Part shown: one piece after another, positions 24,941 to 25,413 of the stretch | How the letters are laid out: every line of letters begins with the position of its first letter | Numbering within the stretch: the stretch's first letter is position 1 | Origin: Acutalibacteraceae bacterium | GTDB taxonomy: Bacteria; Bacillota; Clostridia; Oscillospirales; Acutalibacteraceae | Assembly (NCBI GenBank): GCA_051881675.1 | Contig: JBJEQI010000270.1 | Location: 1 to 25,413 of the forward strand | Direction of reading: 5' to 3' | Length of the DNA: 25,413 nucleotides | Notes under the pieces: generated by a model | Seen by the model: the letters and a program-made list of their open reading frames with translations, nothing else | Database searches by the model: none | What the model was told of the DNA's origin: nothing | Position numbers and translations under genes: made by a program

Positions 24941-25413
24941 TTACGGTCTTTGACCGAGGCCGCCCTCGAGGGTGACGGTCTCGCCCGTCATATATTTGAA
25001 ATCGGGAGACGCCAGCTGAACGCAGACTCTGCCGATCTCCGGCTCCGCGTCGCCGAAGTGACCTGCGGGCGGAACGTGAACATTCGCCTTAAAAGCGTCG
25101 GGATAGGCGTTTTCAAACTGCTCGAGCTGTGCCGTCCACGCCAGCGGGCAAACGATATTGACATTGATCCCGTCTTTCGCCCATTCGGTTGCCGCCACGC
25201 GGGAAAGACCGCGGATACCCTCTTTTGCCGCGGCATACGCGCACTGACCGAAGTTGCCGAAAAGGCCCGCGCCCGAAGCAAAGTTGATAACCGAACCCTG
25301 CGTTTTCGCAAGGTGAGGATAGCACGCTTTCATATAGTAAAACGCCGCATACAGCCCTGAATACATCGCAAGATCAAACTGCTCGGTGGTGTGGTCGGCG
25401 AGCGTAACGCCCG
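24941..25413 (-). CDS. SDR oxidoreductase, probable 12alpha-hydroxysteroid dehydrogenase (5' end outside the window)
   Basis: Frame stays open past 25366 to the window edge (GVTLADHTTEQFDLAMYSG...); 'INFASGAG', 'YAAAK'; C-terminus 'GRVCVQLASPDFKYMTGETVTLEGGLGQRP' closely matches the Clostridium 12alpha-HSDH sequence as I recall it. Confidence 0.85.
   Translation of the reverse strand, partial: GVTLADHTTEQFDLAMYSGLYAAFYYMKACYPHLAKTQGSVINFASGAGLFGNFGQCAYAAAKEGIRGLSRVAATEWAKDGINVNIVCPLAWTAQLEQFENAYPDAFKANVHVPPAGHFGDAEPEIGRVCVQLASPDFKYMTGETVTLEGGLGQRP

Overview
Chromosomal window of a GC-rich (roughly 55%) Clostridia bacterium, probably a gut Oscillospiraceae/Ruminococcaceae relative (inference from gene content). 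Most genes lie on the minus strand. From left to right it contains: (1) darA-holB-yaaT; (2) an adjacent pair encoding a membrane-anchored single-cohesin protein and a secreted transglutaminase-like/dockerin protein, downstream of murA; (3) a plus-strand block of degV, a small hypothetical, yihY and trmB; (4) an M48/YgjP-like gene and queT with a preQ1-I riboswitch; (5) a CNNM/CorC Mg2+ transporter preceded by a 41-codon leader ORF and an SD-sequestering hairpin; (6) a fermentation cluster of Rex-boxed adhE, an APH-like kinase, and hfs-type genes (2Fe-2S ferredoxin, PAS sensory [FeFe]-hydrogenase, PP2C/SpoIIE phosphatase, group B [FeFe]-hydrogenase); (7) PHP, a small MGMT-like protein, a DUF885 lipoprotein, and the 3' part of an SDR resembling bile-acid 12alpha-HSDH. 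I saw no tRNA, rRNA, CRISPR array or mobile element. The best candidates for undescribed biology are the non-cellulosomal cohesin-dockerin pair, the CorC leader-peptide switch, and the possible kinase/phosphatase/H2-sensor module beside adhE. All family assignments come from motif recognition by eye; no database search was run.
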